NCBI RefSeq assembly: GCF_000315625.1
Contig: NW_005434662.1
Span: forward strand, 643,479 to 707,478
DNA: 64,000 nt
DNA from: Guillardia theta CCMP2712
Lineage: Eukaryota > Protista > Cryptophyta
Reading direction: 5' to 3'
The notes under the pieces were generated by a model. It was not told where the DNA came from. It did no database searches and saw only the letters and a program-made list of their open reading frames with translations. Both the position numbers and the translations under genes were made by a program. Of this stretch, positions 27,101 to 38,956 are shown piece after piece. How positions within the stretch are numbered: position 1 is the first letter of the stretch; every line of letters starts with the position of its first letter.

Positions 27101-30100
27101 TATCTCTTCCTCTCCCTTCCTCCTGACTTCACAGCAGGCCAACGGCGATACCTCTGTCAACTCAACCGTCTACATCCTCAACACCCAGGGCCAGCTGGTC
27201 CCTCAGCTGGACGTGTTGACTAGCGGGGCGAGCGACTGGTCGACCTTCAAGGTGGAGGAGGAGCACTTCCTCGTGCTCTCGAACCTCTTCGACGCGTCCA
27301 CGATGCTCTTCGACGTACCTTCTCACGTGTACAGGTTCATGCCCGGGAACCAGCCTCAGCTCTTCCTGGTCGACAGCCTGCAGACTGTTGGGGCGATCAG
27401 CGTGGAGGCGTTTCAGGTCGGCAAGACGCCCATGGCGGCGATCGCGTGCCAGGGGGACGGGACGGCGGCAGCCGACTCGCTCATCTTCACGTTCAACTCC
27501 AGCGGGCACCCGCGACTGCTGCAGAGGGTCGAGACGCACCTGGCACAGGGGGTCGCGCACATGTCGATCGACTGCCTTGACTACCTAGTCATCTCCAACT
27601 CCTTCAACTTCACCAGCGCGACGGGAGAAGGGTCGGTGCTGGTGCTCAGGTGGGAGGAAACTGCTTTCACCCCCTACCAGCTGCTTCCCCTCCAGAGCCC
27701 CACGGCCGTCAGCGCCTACGTGGCCTCGACCCGCTCGTTTTTGCTCGTCGGTAGTCGGTTCGGAAACTCTTCTCTGTTCCTCTTCGACGGCGGCTACTTC
27801 CGTCTGCTCCCTCCCCTCTCCTCTGCCGTGCGCATCGAGCGGCTCTCTTCTTTCGAGTACGGAGGCACCAGCATCATCAGCTTCGCTTCCTCCGCGCTTA
27901 ACAAGGACGGGAGCGCGACCGTCGGCCTCGTCACCCACCCCAACCTGGTGGAGGAGGGAGGGAACTTCGTCTGGGAGGCGCCGGCCAGCGTCGCCGAGCT
28001 CCCGCTCCCTTCCTCCGTCAGCGACGTGCTGCACGTGCGAACTTTCGGTGGACCTGACTTCCTGGTGGTGAGCGAGAGGGAGAGGACAAGCGTCTTCGCG
28101 CTGCACCCCAGGAAGGCGCTGACAGGTCAGAGCCTTGCCGTGATGCAGAACGGGACCGGTGGAGGCAACGCCGTGGCAACCTTCGAGGACCTGGCAGTTC
28201 CGGAGGCAGGCAGGTGGAACTTTCGGTTCTCCTCTGTGAACTTGGAGGAAGCGCATACGGGTCCCTTCCTCGTCAAGGTTGGGCCCAGGCACTCCCTCTC
28301 TGTCCTCGTCCAGCCGGCGCAAGGGAGGGGAGGAGAGCCGCTGCTGGTCCAGCCCAGCGTCCGCTTCCTGGATGCCGGAGGGAACTGGATCGCAGACGCT
28401 GAGGGGGATGTAGTGTCTGCGGTCCTGGAGCAGGACGACTCGACCTTTTGCCTCAACCGCTCCAATGTCTCCTTCGCTACCACTGTGGGTGGGGTGGCGA
28501 ACTTCACAGACCTGATCATCAAGAGGATAGGTAGCGGGTATACCTTCCTCTTCTCCTCCTCCACATTCAACGTGACCTCCGCAAACGTCACCGTCCTCCC
28601 TGGCAACCCGACCTCCTTCCGCTGGGTTCGCTACCCCGCTGACAATGAGACGGTAGGAACGCTCCTCTCCCAGCCCTCGCTCGTTGCCATGGACCCGGCA
28701 TGCAACGACGCCGCCTCGCACTCGCTCAGGGTAACGATCTCCTTCTCCTACGACCCCTCGGGGATGGCGACGCTGCTGGGAACGACGACGATCTACAGGA
28801 AGGGGCCAGTCGTGACGTTCACGGACTTGATGATCGACAAGACGGGCAGTCGGTTCCAGCTCAAGCTCCAGCTGGAGCGAGCGCCGGATGCTCTCAGCTC
28901 CTCCTGGAATGGGTCGGAGGTCTTGGAGCTCCCAGCAAGGTTTGCAGGAGGAGATGTCTCCTCCTTCTTCTCCGTGTTGCCTCGTTCCTCTGGTAGCCTC
29001 GTGAGCACTAGGAGAGTGGTGGCAAGGGGCTGGGGGACGGCCTGGCCCAACGGGACTCTTGCTCTGTCCCTCGGCGCGTCTCCCCGCTCAGACTACCTGG
29101 CCGGCTTCTTCGTGCGCGTAAACTCCTCCTCCTCCTCCTCTCCCCATCTCTTCCGCATCAAGTCGCAGACGTTCGACCCAGCCACCTTCTCCGTGTCCCT
29201 GGTCCTCTTCGGAAACCCGCGGGACTTCCAGCTGGAGGGGCAGGTGAAGTATGAGATTCTGGCGCCAGCTGGGGACGAGCTGACGCTCGAAGTGCGGGGG
29301 AGCAACAGTCACCCGTCAGCCCACGGAGTCTACGACCTCCTGACCGAGGGCGAGTACCCCTCCTTCCTGCAGAGGACCACCACCTCCCTGCTCCTCAACG
29401 CCTCGGGTCTCGGGCTGGCGGCTGAGTACGACGGGGTCTACGCTGTGGTGCCCGAGCGGGTCAACGGGAAGACTTTGTACAAGCAAGAGGAGGGCAGCAA
29501 CTTCTTGTTCCAAAACGGGACGGACTCAGTCTTGTACTGGCCGTCAGCGGACAATACGCAGGATCGGAGCGAGGGGTGGATCTTCGACGAAGCTGCTTCG
29601 TCCTCCTCCTGGATCGTCGGGGATGCAGCGACGTTGAGCGGGGAGCGCGTCAACTTCAACGACCTCGTGGCGGTGGAGAGGAGGCACGTGATCGAGTACG
29701 ACCAGCTGAACCTCTCGTGGGTCCTGCGAGACGGCGAGACGGTCGTCTTCCGAGCTTCGAGCCAGCAGAAGTCGCCAGGTCTCTTCCTCCAGCAGTGGGT
29801 CGAGCTGAACCCCAGCAATGGAGGGATCTCGTGGATAGCGAGCAGCCTCGAGATCACCTACCAGCCTGCGGCCTCGTTCTCGGACGACTGGGGCAACGTT
29901 GCGGACTTTGAAGGCTTTCAGGACACGGAGCTCGTGAGTTGAATATTCCACTTGGTCAAGAGAAGGGAGGGAGGGGAGGAGAGAGAGGAGGAAGGGGCCA
30001 AAGGAAGCATGCAAGAGAGAGAGGAGAAAGGAAGCAGGAGGGAGGGAGGGAGGGAGGGAGGGAGGGAGGGAGGAGGCAATCAGAGACTAACCTCGGTCTT

Positions 30101-33100
30101 GCTCCTTGCAGGTACCAAAGTCAAAGATCTTCGCGCAGTCCTGCTTCTCAAACCTGCTCATCCAGCGCCTCGTCTACGGCTCCTACACCTCCAAGAGCTT
30201 CCAAGTCCAAGGAAGGGACCTCGTCGTCCTCGTCAGGTCCACGACTGCAGACTCCTGCAGCGGGGCAGAGGGCTGCCTCCCTGAGTTTCAGATCAACTCG
30301 ACGATGATGATGTGGATCAAGAGGAAAGGTCACACCGTGGCACAGGTTTCTCCTTCTCCTCCCTCTTTCCCTTCCCTCCCCTCCTCTTCCTCTTCCTCTT
30401 CCTCTTCCTCTTCCTCTTCCTCTTCCCTTCCCTTCCCGCCCCTGACTCCCTCCCTCCCTTCTCCCCTCCTCTCCCCTCCTACCATCTCAGTAAGCCTCCT
30501 CCGACAGATCGACAACGGAGATTTCGACGGGGAGCTGGACGCCTGCCCGGGGGGCTGGACCTGCGAGGGGAACGTGAGCAAGAACCACGACTGGAACTCT
30601 CCTTTCTTGGTCCATCGCGCCCACGGGAGCTTCCAGCCGACCCGCCTTTTCAACTACAAGTCAAGACTGCCTCCCCCCGGCATCGCCCTCGGCCCGTTCA
30701 CAGGCAGGATTTCCCAAACGATCCTCCATGGTGAGGGGAGGAGGCGGAGCCTACCCGCAGCGCTGACTGAGTGGCCCAGGAGCGCACAAGGGAGACGTCA
30801 TTCGAGTCAACTTTAGCGCGGCCCAGGACTGGTTCAACGGGACCATGTCGGCGTACCTGAGCAGGCCTGTTGGCCAGCTGACTGTACTGATGAATGAGGA
30901 GAGAGTCTTCGGGCCGATTACTCCGTCCCCGATCCACTACTACGAGCTGCAGAACTACTCGTTCCTTGCGCGGGTGGACCGGCCGTACTCCGTCTTGACG
31001 TTCCTCTACACGAGCTACGAGCAACGGTTCTCCCCTGACTACCCAGCCGCGAGGACCATCGTCACAGCGGTGGAGATCACCATGCATTCTTCGCTCCTCC
31101 CCTTCGAGGTGACGCCGTCAGGATGGTTTGCGACTCCTCCTCCTGACGCTCCTGGCAGGCGATCGAGCTGACAGGGTCGATGATCCACCCTGAGTTCCAT
31201 GGCGAGTACATGAAGACAGACGTCAAGTACGACGGAGGAGCGGGGCGATGGTGGGCTGTGACACGAATGCCGCAGGTATGGAGGAGCCAACGTGTACTGG
31301 AAGCAAGTCACCCAAGGTGGGAGACGTGAGGGTGGGGGTGGGCTGGTGAGAGACTTCACGCAGATATCAGCATGAGCTGCTTCCTCTTCTTCGAACACTC
31401 GAGAGGCTCTTGGATGGTCATGTCAAACTATCGCCTTCGCAGAGGTCAGTCCGATCCTCCTCCCCCCGATCTCTGCTCCTCCACTCCTCCACTCCTTGTT
31501 CTCTCACTCTCTTCCCCCGCCCCGCAGGAGCTCCTCCTGAGTTCGTGGCCGCGGGCTCTGCATACTTGCTGCGAAGTTCCGATGGAGGAGCAGGTGAGCC
31601 CGATCGCCCCATCCGCGTCTCCTCACCACCTCGCAGAGCCGCTGCATCGAGTGTCTCAGTTCGGTCCGGACTATGCGGGTGTGCTGGGCCCGTGGAGGGA
31701 GTGGAACGCAAGCTTCGATGTCAACGACACGAGGGCGGAGGAGGCTGGACTTCAGGCCCTGCGGGACTTGACAGCCTGCAAATACGCCAACGTGACTAGC
31801 GTACGAGTGTGCAGTTGGGGAGCTGACGGGAGCATGGCAGGGGCAGGGCTGCTTCTACGAGGAGAGCCTGGACTTGTCGATCAAGGAGCTCCCCTCGACC
31901 TTGCAGACGATCTTTGAAATCCCGACGCTTGCTGCTGTCGACTGTGAAAACTTCACAGTGGGGAACTCCAATTTCCTCGTCTTCGCCAGCTTCTATAATG
32001 AGTCCGGCATCGGAAGCTACTTCGTGGACTCGCACGTGCGTTGGCGTGGGTGGACGCAGCAGATGGAGGTTTGTGACACGGTTCTGCCAGGTGTACAAGT
32101 TCTCCATCGACGGCTCCTACCAGCTCCATCAGAACCTCTCTACAGCCGGAGCTATCGACCTCGAGGTCTTCGAGCTCGCCGGTCAAATCTGGCTAGTTGT
32201 AGCCCAGTACTTCGACGGGCTCTACTACACCAGCGGGTCCCCTCTCTACCGCTGGGTCGGGGAGGAGGACGGACAGTTCGAGCTGTACAAGACCCTCCCG
32301 ACTAAGGCGCCGAGGCGATGGAAGCACATGCTGTGCGGCAGCACCAACTACCTCTTGGTCACACAGGTTGGAGCGAGGGGAGAGTGACGAGTCGAAGTTT
32401 GACGTGGAGGTTGTCAGGGATCTGTTTACAACTCCACCGACATCTACGTGTGGAGGGACGCCTTGGCAGACTTCGTGCTCTACCATTCCGTCGACCAGCC
32501 CGGAGATGACCTGGGGATCTTCCGTAGGCCCCGCCCCTCCCCTCTTGCTCCCTCCTGACTCCCTTCGCAGAGGACCAGTGCCTTTTTGTCGTTGCGGGCA
32601 GTTGTGACGGTTGCACCCGCGTCTATCAGATCCGCGATGGGGTAGTTGCGATGCAGCAGGTAGGCTTTCCGTCTCCTCCCCCGTCTCGCCTCATCCTTCT
32701 TCCCTCTTTCCCTCAGGCCCTCAACGTCGTCCGAGTGGTCGGCCTGTCAACTTTCCGGGCTGGTTCTCAGCTTGTCATCGCCTTGACCATCGGAAGCGAC
32801 TCGGTCGATGCGGTACTCCTGCGCTCCTCAGGCGTCCTCCTGCTCACCCACTGCCAGGGCTGCGGCAACAGCACCAGCAACAGCACCAGCTACTCCCCAG
32901 CTCATGTCGAGCTCTTCGCTGCGGTGGGAGCAGCTGCTCGCAGTGCCGTTGCATGTTCTTCTGACCTCCTTCTCCTCCAGTCCTGCTGGGACCTCAGCAG
33001 TGCATGCCAGGCTCCCATGTGGCGACCGATAGGTGAAGTTGCCGCTACCATGATCGCAGACTCATCCCGTCCCAGCTACCAACCGCACCATCACCGTGCC

Positions 33101-33604
33101 GGATGGCAGCGAGACCGTGCCAGGAGCAGGTGCGTGCTTGCCTAGTCCCTTGCTGCTCCTCCTGACCCTCTTGACAGCTCAACATGTGTTCATGGACAGC
33201 CAGCACTACCTCATGGTACACTCCCTCACGGAGACTCAGCTGTGGGCAGTGGTAGGGAACCTGCTGTGTCGCCCTTGTACCCTGAGGCGCGTGCAGGAGG
33301 GAACGGGCTTCAGAGGAGGGGCCAAGTCGCTGACCTTCTGGCCGGAGGACGGAGCAAACGCTGCGCTCGTCCGATACTCAGGAGCTGCCCCGTGGTCGCG
33401 GTTTGACTGCAACGGAACGAGCCTCTACGCGGTCCATCCCCTCATGATCCTCCTGCGTTGCCTCACTGTCTGAGCAGTTCGAGATGTCCAGCGCGATGCG
33501 ATCCTCCTACTCCTCCTACTCCTTCGCGGTGCAGGTATCGTGTGCTCACAAGAAGACTTGCGATCAGACGATGTGACGCTCTGCGGCAGGGAAAGAATCC
33601 TTGA
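15197..33604 (+). CDS. Giant (>5,000 aa) secreted repeat protein: signal peptide, ~19 Ig-like repeats, three EPTP/EAR-like propeller regions, a Kelch-like segment and an RRLL domain
   Basis: Exon 1 (ATG 15197) encodes MARSRWIWRILVAACAACSLVSG. Introns 15298..15355 and one ending at 15480 join the 15597 frame; intron 20009..20294 joins the 1471-aa and 2117-aa ORFs; further exons continue through 26351-29933 and on to ~33604. The recurring unit is QPxVxxxDxGGN...GVAxFxDLxIxxAGxxYxLxF. Confidence 0.8.
20009..20294 (+). repeat. Intron filled with a CTCCT/CTCTC polypyrimidine microsatellite
   Basis: GT at 20009 and CAG ending at 20294; the interior is almost entirely C/T repeats. Confidence 0.85.
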
Positions 33605-34177
33605 TGAAACCTGGATTCTTCACGGGGGCCTGACTTCTATTGTTTTTCTTCATCTTCTCTCTTTTGCCCAGCATGTTAATAAATTCATCATGTGTCTTGT
33701 CCTATCAAGTTGATTACCGCAGGTCGCCACGGTCAAGTCTTGCTACTGCCAACCGTGGCCGCCGGGCCGCGCAGCCGCGAATCCCTCGCTGTCCGCCGAT
33801 CATCAGATGATGTGCTAGCTATCAGAGTCAAGTTCAAAGCTCGGGAGAACAGTGCGGCCCCGACTCGGTGACTGCCGCACTGCGGCCGCGCCGACCGTGC
33901 AGGGCCGCAGGGCCGGGCCCCGGCGGGCCGGGGCCCGGGCCGTCCCGGGCCCCGGAGCGGCAGAAATCAGTTATGTTGGACTGAAACGTAACGGTGGGAC
34001 TGGAAAGGATTCCAATGGCGAGCGTGGAGTGAGGGTAAGGAGCGGAGGGAGCGGAGAGGAGAGAGAGGAGAAGGATGTGATCAACTTGACTCGAGATGGC
34101 AAGATAGTCGTTCATGATAGGATGGGTTGAAGCTCCAGTTCTACCCTCTCGATGGACTGGATCTACAGAGACTGGTT

Positions 34178-36332
34178 ATGATGAGGGGCTGTTTCAAACA
34201 TTGGTTCTTGTGCCTGCTTCTGCTCGCTCCATTCGGTTGCCGGGGGCCCCGTCATGCTTCGTACCATGGACAGACGGATACAAGGTGGTGTTCGCTCTCT
34301 CCTTCTGTTCAACCAAAGAGTTGACTCCTTGAGCAGTGGCGATGAAGGCCTGGGGGACAACGGACTGTAAGCCTTTTCTTGATGGATTAGGTTCATCCAG
34401 GTTGAGATCTTACATGGATGGCAGATCCGATCCTTTAGCTTTCAACATGTGCCTGTTCTGCACACTGTGCTCGGTGATTTGTGGATCCCGTGTCCAGTCA
34501 AGAGGCTGACGAGGGCCCAGGATCATGCAAGGGATCAGCACTCGTGGAAACTTCGCTTCTCGGAGCTCATGGAATGGAAGCAAATGCACGGGACCTGCGA
34601 GGTGCCAGTGATCGTCAACAGCGGCATCGAGCGAAGACTTTCGCGCTGGATCCGCATCCAGAGGAATTTGAACACTAAAGGAACTTTGCACCCCGCCCGC
34701 AGACGGATGCTGGATTCAATCGGGTTCAAGTGGCGACTACGCAGGCATGGGGCAGGGAGGAGACCTAGAAACGTGCGGCTCTCACGTTTGAGAACTGACG
34801 TCTAGACTGATCCTGCCCTTGCTGCCAGGAAACGGACCCTGGGGCAACCCTCAGAAGATTCAAATCAGAATCGGCGTTTCTCGAACGTTTGCAACCAGCG
34901 ATGATGTGAGTGAAAGGTTCTCGAGCTTGATTTTCACTGAAACCACGTATAGGCATGGAGGATCGTTCAGCAAAAGCTTCAATGAAACGATCGAGTCGGT
35001 CAGATCGGTGCTATCCTCGCAGACCTACGTTGACCATGAGTGAACGTTGTTCCTTTAAAACAGCCCTTCAGCATCAGGTCCTCCCTGGGACAGAGCAGTT
35101 CCAACAGCGAGATGAAGCCGGGTAACGACAAGAGACTCCTCTCTGATCTCCGATCCCTGATGCGCTCCTTCAAGATTCTGCGCAGTCAGAGCGCGCTACT
35201 TGGCTGCAGCGTTATGCCGAGCTGAAGGAGTGGCGAGACACATTCGGGCATTGCAACGTGGTAACGGCAACGCCATGCACGTCTCCGCCTCGTTGTGACG
35301 CAGCAGTACTCACAGCCGTACAAGTCGAGGGTGGTGGGAGAGCTCGGAAGATGGGTGACCACCCAACGGACCTTCCACCGGCTCGGGATCCTCAGGTAAG
35401 TTCAGCTCCCCCTCACTCCTTTGTTTCAAGGCCCTCTTTCTCCCCACCTCCTTCTCTTGCTCGCTCACCAATGACCCAGTGACACGCGACGGAGACTCCT
35501 CGATGCCCTCGGGTTCACCTGGGACTTGCACACGACTTCTTGGGAAGAGGTAACGGTGTTGCCCCTGACCGCACCGCCTTCTCTAATACGATGTGCTTGC
35601 AGTACTTCAACCTTTTCCTCCTCTTCCGCATCGTGCATGGACATTCTAACGTGCCTTATCGCTTCCGCAATGGGTCTGATTTCTCGCTTCCGAAAGAAAT
35701 TCATCGAGTCCCGAGGGTCTCAAAAGGAATTCTCATCCCCAACCTTGGAGCCTGGGTCAACAATCAGCGAGCCTTGTATCGCAATGGGAAGGTATCGCAG
35801 CTCAAGGCTCGTTCTTGCCGGCGCATCGTCCCTGACGAGCATCTTTCTGCAGCTGTCGGCTGAGAGGATCAAAAGGCTCGAGAACATGGGGTTCGTATTC
35901 GAGATTGGGTTCGGAAGTTGGAACGTAATTCTCCCCTGCTCTCTATCGTTCAAGTCTGATTGAGCGTCAGGTCTGGTTCAACCGACTCCTTCTTTATAAG
36001 ATGCAGCATGGCACTGTGGAGATGACGTTTGCGGACAAGAGCTCGCCAGAGGACAGGTCCCTTATGAGCTGGGTCACAGTCCAGAGGAGCAACTTCCACA
36101 GCAGCTCTCTCTCTCAAAAGAGGCGGCAATTCCTTGAGAGCATCGGGTTGCGTGCGAGGTACGTCCACTGCCGGCCCGGCGGCTCTGACTCAGTTTGGTA
36201 AGGCCAAGGAGGCAGTTTGCTGGGGAGCATCGCAATTTTCAAGATTCTCAGTATGAACACTTTAACATGATGGGGGACAAGGAATCTGTGTGGATTCTGC
36301 ATTCGTGCAACAACACCATCAGGCTCGGATGA
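34178..36332 (+). CDS. Protein with four helicase-associated (HA) repeats, no helicase domain, and a signal-peptide-like N-terminus
   Basis: Four repeats: WKLRFSELMEWKQMHGTCEVP..LSRWIRIQR..RRRMLDSIGFKW; WLQRYAELKEWRDTFGHCNV|PY..LGRWVTTQR..RRRLLDALGFTW; HGHSNVPY..NLGAWVNNQR..RIKRLENMGFVF; YKMQHGTVEM..LMSWVTVQR..RRQFLESIG. The 3' end is approximate. Confidence 0.85.
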
Positions 36333-36386
36333 CAGGATGCTGCATATGTGTGATGAATGTAAGATGCTGCAAGGAAACAGAATAGT

Positions 36387-36504
36387 GATTAATTAAACAT
36401 GTCATACAAAACACAAGTTAGCGATTAATTAAACATGTTATACAAGACACATTTCACAAAAGAATATGCGTATGTGATTATGTAAACATGGTATATATAC
36501 AAAA
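36387..36504. repeat. Three imperfect ~29-bp AT-rich direct repeats between convergent gene ends
   Basis: gattaattaaacatgtcatacaaaacaca (36387), gattaattaaacatgttatacaagacaca (36423) and gattatgtaaacatggtatatatacaaaa (36476). Confidence 0.8.
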
Positions 36505-36505
36505 G

Positions 36506-38408
36506 TCAGAATTTTGTACTCCTTAGCTGTCTGATTCGTTGGACGAGCGGGCGATTCCTGATATCTTTCTCTGCATCCCCCAGGCACAGACTGCAGATGG
36601 TCTGCGGGAAAGCTTTCCGATCGTCATGCGGCAGCGGCTCCCTCGGTGTCATCGCGTAGTGCGCACTCTCAATCTTATCCAGACGTTGCTCGATCACCCC
36701 CGCTAGCCCCCCGAGAACCCTCGCTGTTGTCTTCTCCTGCTGAGAGCCGTCAGCATTAGCAGCTCCGTCAACTGTCCACCGAACCTCCGCCCTCCTCCCG
36801 CTCTTGCGGGACGCCTCCGCCTCCCTCGCCTTCCACTCGTAGTGCGAGTATCCAGGCTTGTCCAGGTCAACTCGGACCATGTCGCCGCACCTGAAGCACT
36901 GCAAGGCCGTCATATGGCTCGTCGACTCTTGTTGTTCTACAACCTGGGCGTTGGGGAGCGCTACTTCACCCTTGTCCGACTTGAGTCGGTTCTGCTTCGC
37001 CATCTCCGTCAAGAAAGCTTTCTCCGCCTCTTCCTACATATTCGCGATCATCAGGAGGAGCTGGAAGTCGATCAGTCACTGACCATGGTCTTGATGGCTT
37101 CCAAGTATTTCCCTTCCGCATGCAGTTTCTCTCCGTTCTAAAGTGCGCAGCCAAGTCAACAGCAGCTCTGAGGGAGGTAGCAGGGGTACCTTTGTCAACA
37201 GCTCGTGCAGGGGGAGTTTGATCCCAGACACGTCCTTGGCGTCAGCTTGCACTTCTCTCAAGTCAATCAGGGGAATGTCTTCGGTCTCCGCCATCTCTGC
37301 CTCGTTCGCTGACGACACCGTCACCCGCGAGTTCTGCTTGGAAACTTCTTGGGAGGAGAGCATATTGCGCTTGCGAAACGTGGGGCTCTGCGGCTTCTTG
37401 GTGGGCACGGAGATGCGGACGAGAGGCATGTCGTTGATCTTGAGGCGCTTGATGTCGTAGAAGAAAGGTTTCACGTCGGGCTTCGCTACCCCCAGCACCG
37501 ACGTGCAGTAGGTGCTGCCATGAAGGTCCAACACAAACTCACATATGATGGCTGTGATTCGAACTCGCTTCTGACTCCTCAGGTTCCCCAGCATGGTCGA
37601 AGTCCTCGTGATGCAGTACTTTGCTATCGAGTCTTTCTTCGGATCGAGAGGAACGATCGAGTCCCGGAAGTGCGGGTTGTGCGGCTTCACGATGGTGTCG
37701 AGCTCAATATCTCCCAGCGTGCTCTCAGCGTGACACTCCATGCGGTAGACTTCGCACCTTGACATCAGGTTGGTCTTGAAGCTCACGGTGAGGTACCTGA
37801 CGTCTCCTCGTCACCCGACAGCTCAAGCCTAGTCGCTCCTCACCTTGTGAAGGTCGGCAAGGGGATGTATGCCTGAACGCAAGTGATTTTCTCAGGGAAC
37901 AACGCAGAGGCTTCTTTCTGCTCCTCGATCCCAAACGTGGTATGTATTTCACCTGCATGGCACCAGACCTCCGTCAGTCATCGCGTCGCCACTGCAAGAT
38001 CATGTCGCACAGACCGCATGATTGCCGAAGCCACAAGATGAGAAGATTGAAGTGCTCGACTGCGACGAAGCAGGGGGACCAATCCTCGCCGTACACAGTG
38101 CAGAGGAAAGGCTGTCCGTCAGACCCTCGGGTCTCATGGCACCGGCGAAGGTCTTCCTCCATCATATCGAATGTCACTGGTGTTTCTCTCGTGCTTCTCC
38201 GCACCCTCAACTTATCGTCCCCATCGCTGCAGATTCGCGCAACAATGCCCAGGTCGGGAGCGATGAGGAAGGAGAGGGGAGCAGGGAACTTGACGAGGAT
38301 GTCAGGGTGCTGAGCGAAGAGGAGCCATAGGGACCATGGCGGCACCGCGTGCATGGCGGACTTGAGGTCTTCCCAGAAGGCGCCGGTCCATGCCGCTGTC
38401 CCCGCCAT
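36506..38408 (-). CDS. Hypothetical protein (multi-exon)
   Basis: Three long minus-strand ORFs (37974..38408, 37076..37786, 36506..37012) with coding-like composition, separated by intron-sized gaps. CxxC motifs (CFRC, CSLC) lie near the C-terminus. Confidence 0.6.
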
Positions 38409-38956
38409 GCCAGTGTAGTGCCGTTGCCAAGTTGGTTGGCGGTCGTTTGTCGGGGCCCTTCTTGGATTGCTGGGTAGGGGTAGTTGTATATGGTAAAGGA
38501 AGGGGTCAATGACCGGGTAGTGTAGGCTAGGTAGTAGAGGGTGGTCAAATTTGATGTGCGGGGATGCGGGTCAGATGGTAATGGCGGGAGGGAGCAACGG
38601 TGCACCGGCAACATGCGGCGGAAGGAAGAGGACGAGACCGCAGGAGGAGTAGAGGAACCATGCCGAGGAAGAAAGAGGAAGCTTTCCATGAGGCCAAGAG
38701 GCGTCCTGACTCCCGTCGTCACTTGAGGCAGGGAAGAAACCTCACAAAGAGTTGAACTGAATTCGAACAGAAAATGGTATTTATCACCAGCACGTCCTTG
38801 AGATGGTCGGAAGTTTCAGCACCGGGGTGAGCATGATTCACTTACAGTGGCAATATCTACGGCTGTGCAAAAGTTCTGGAATGCTCCTGGCAGGAGCAGC
38901 GGAATCTTGGTTCCGTTTGTAGAACCATGGCAGCAGCTTGCTTATGATCGTTGGCG

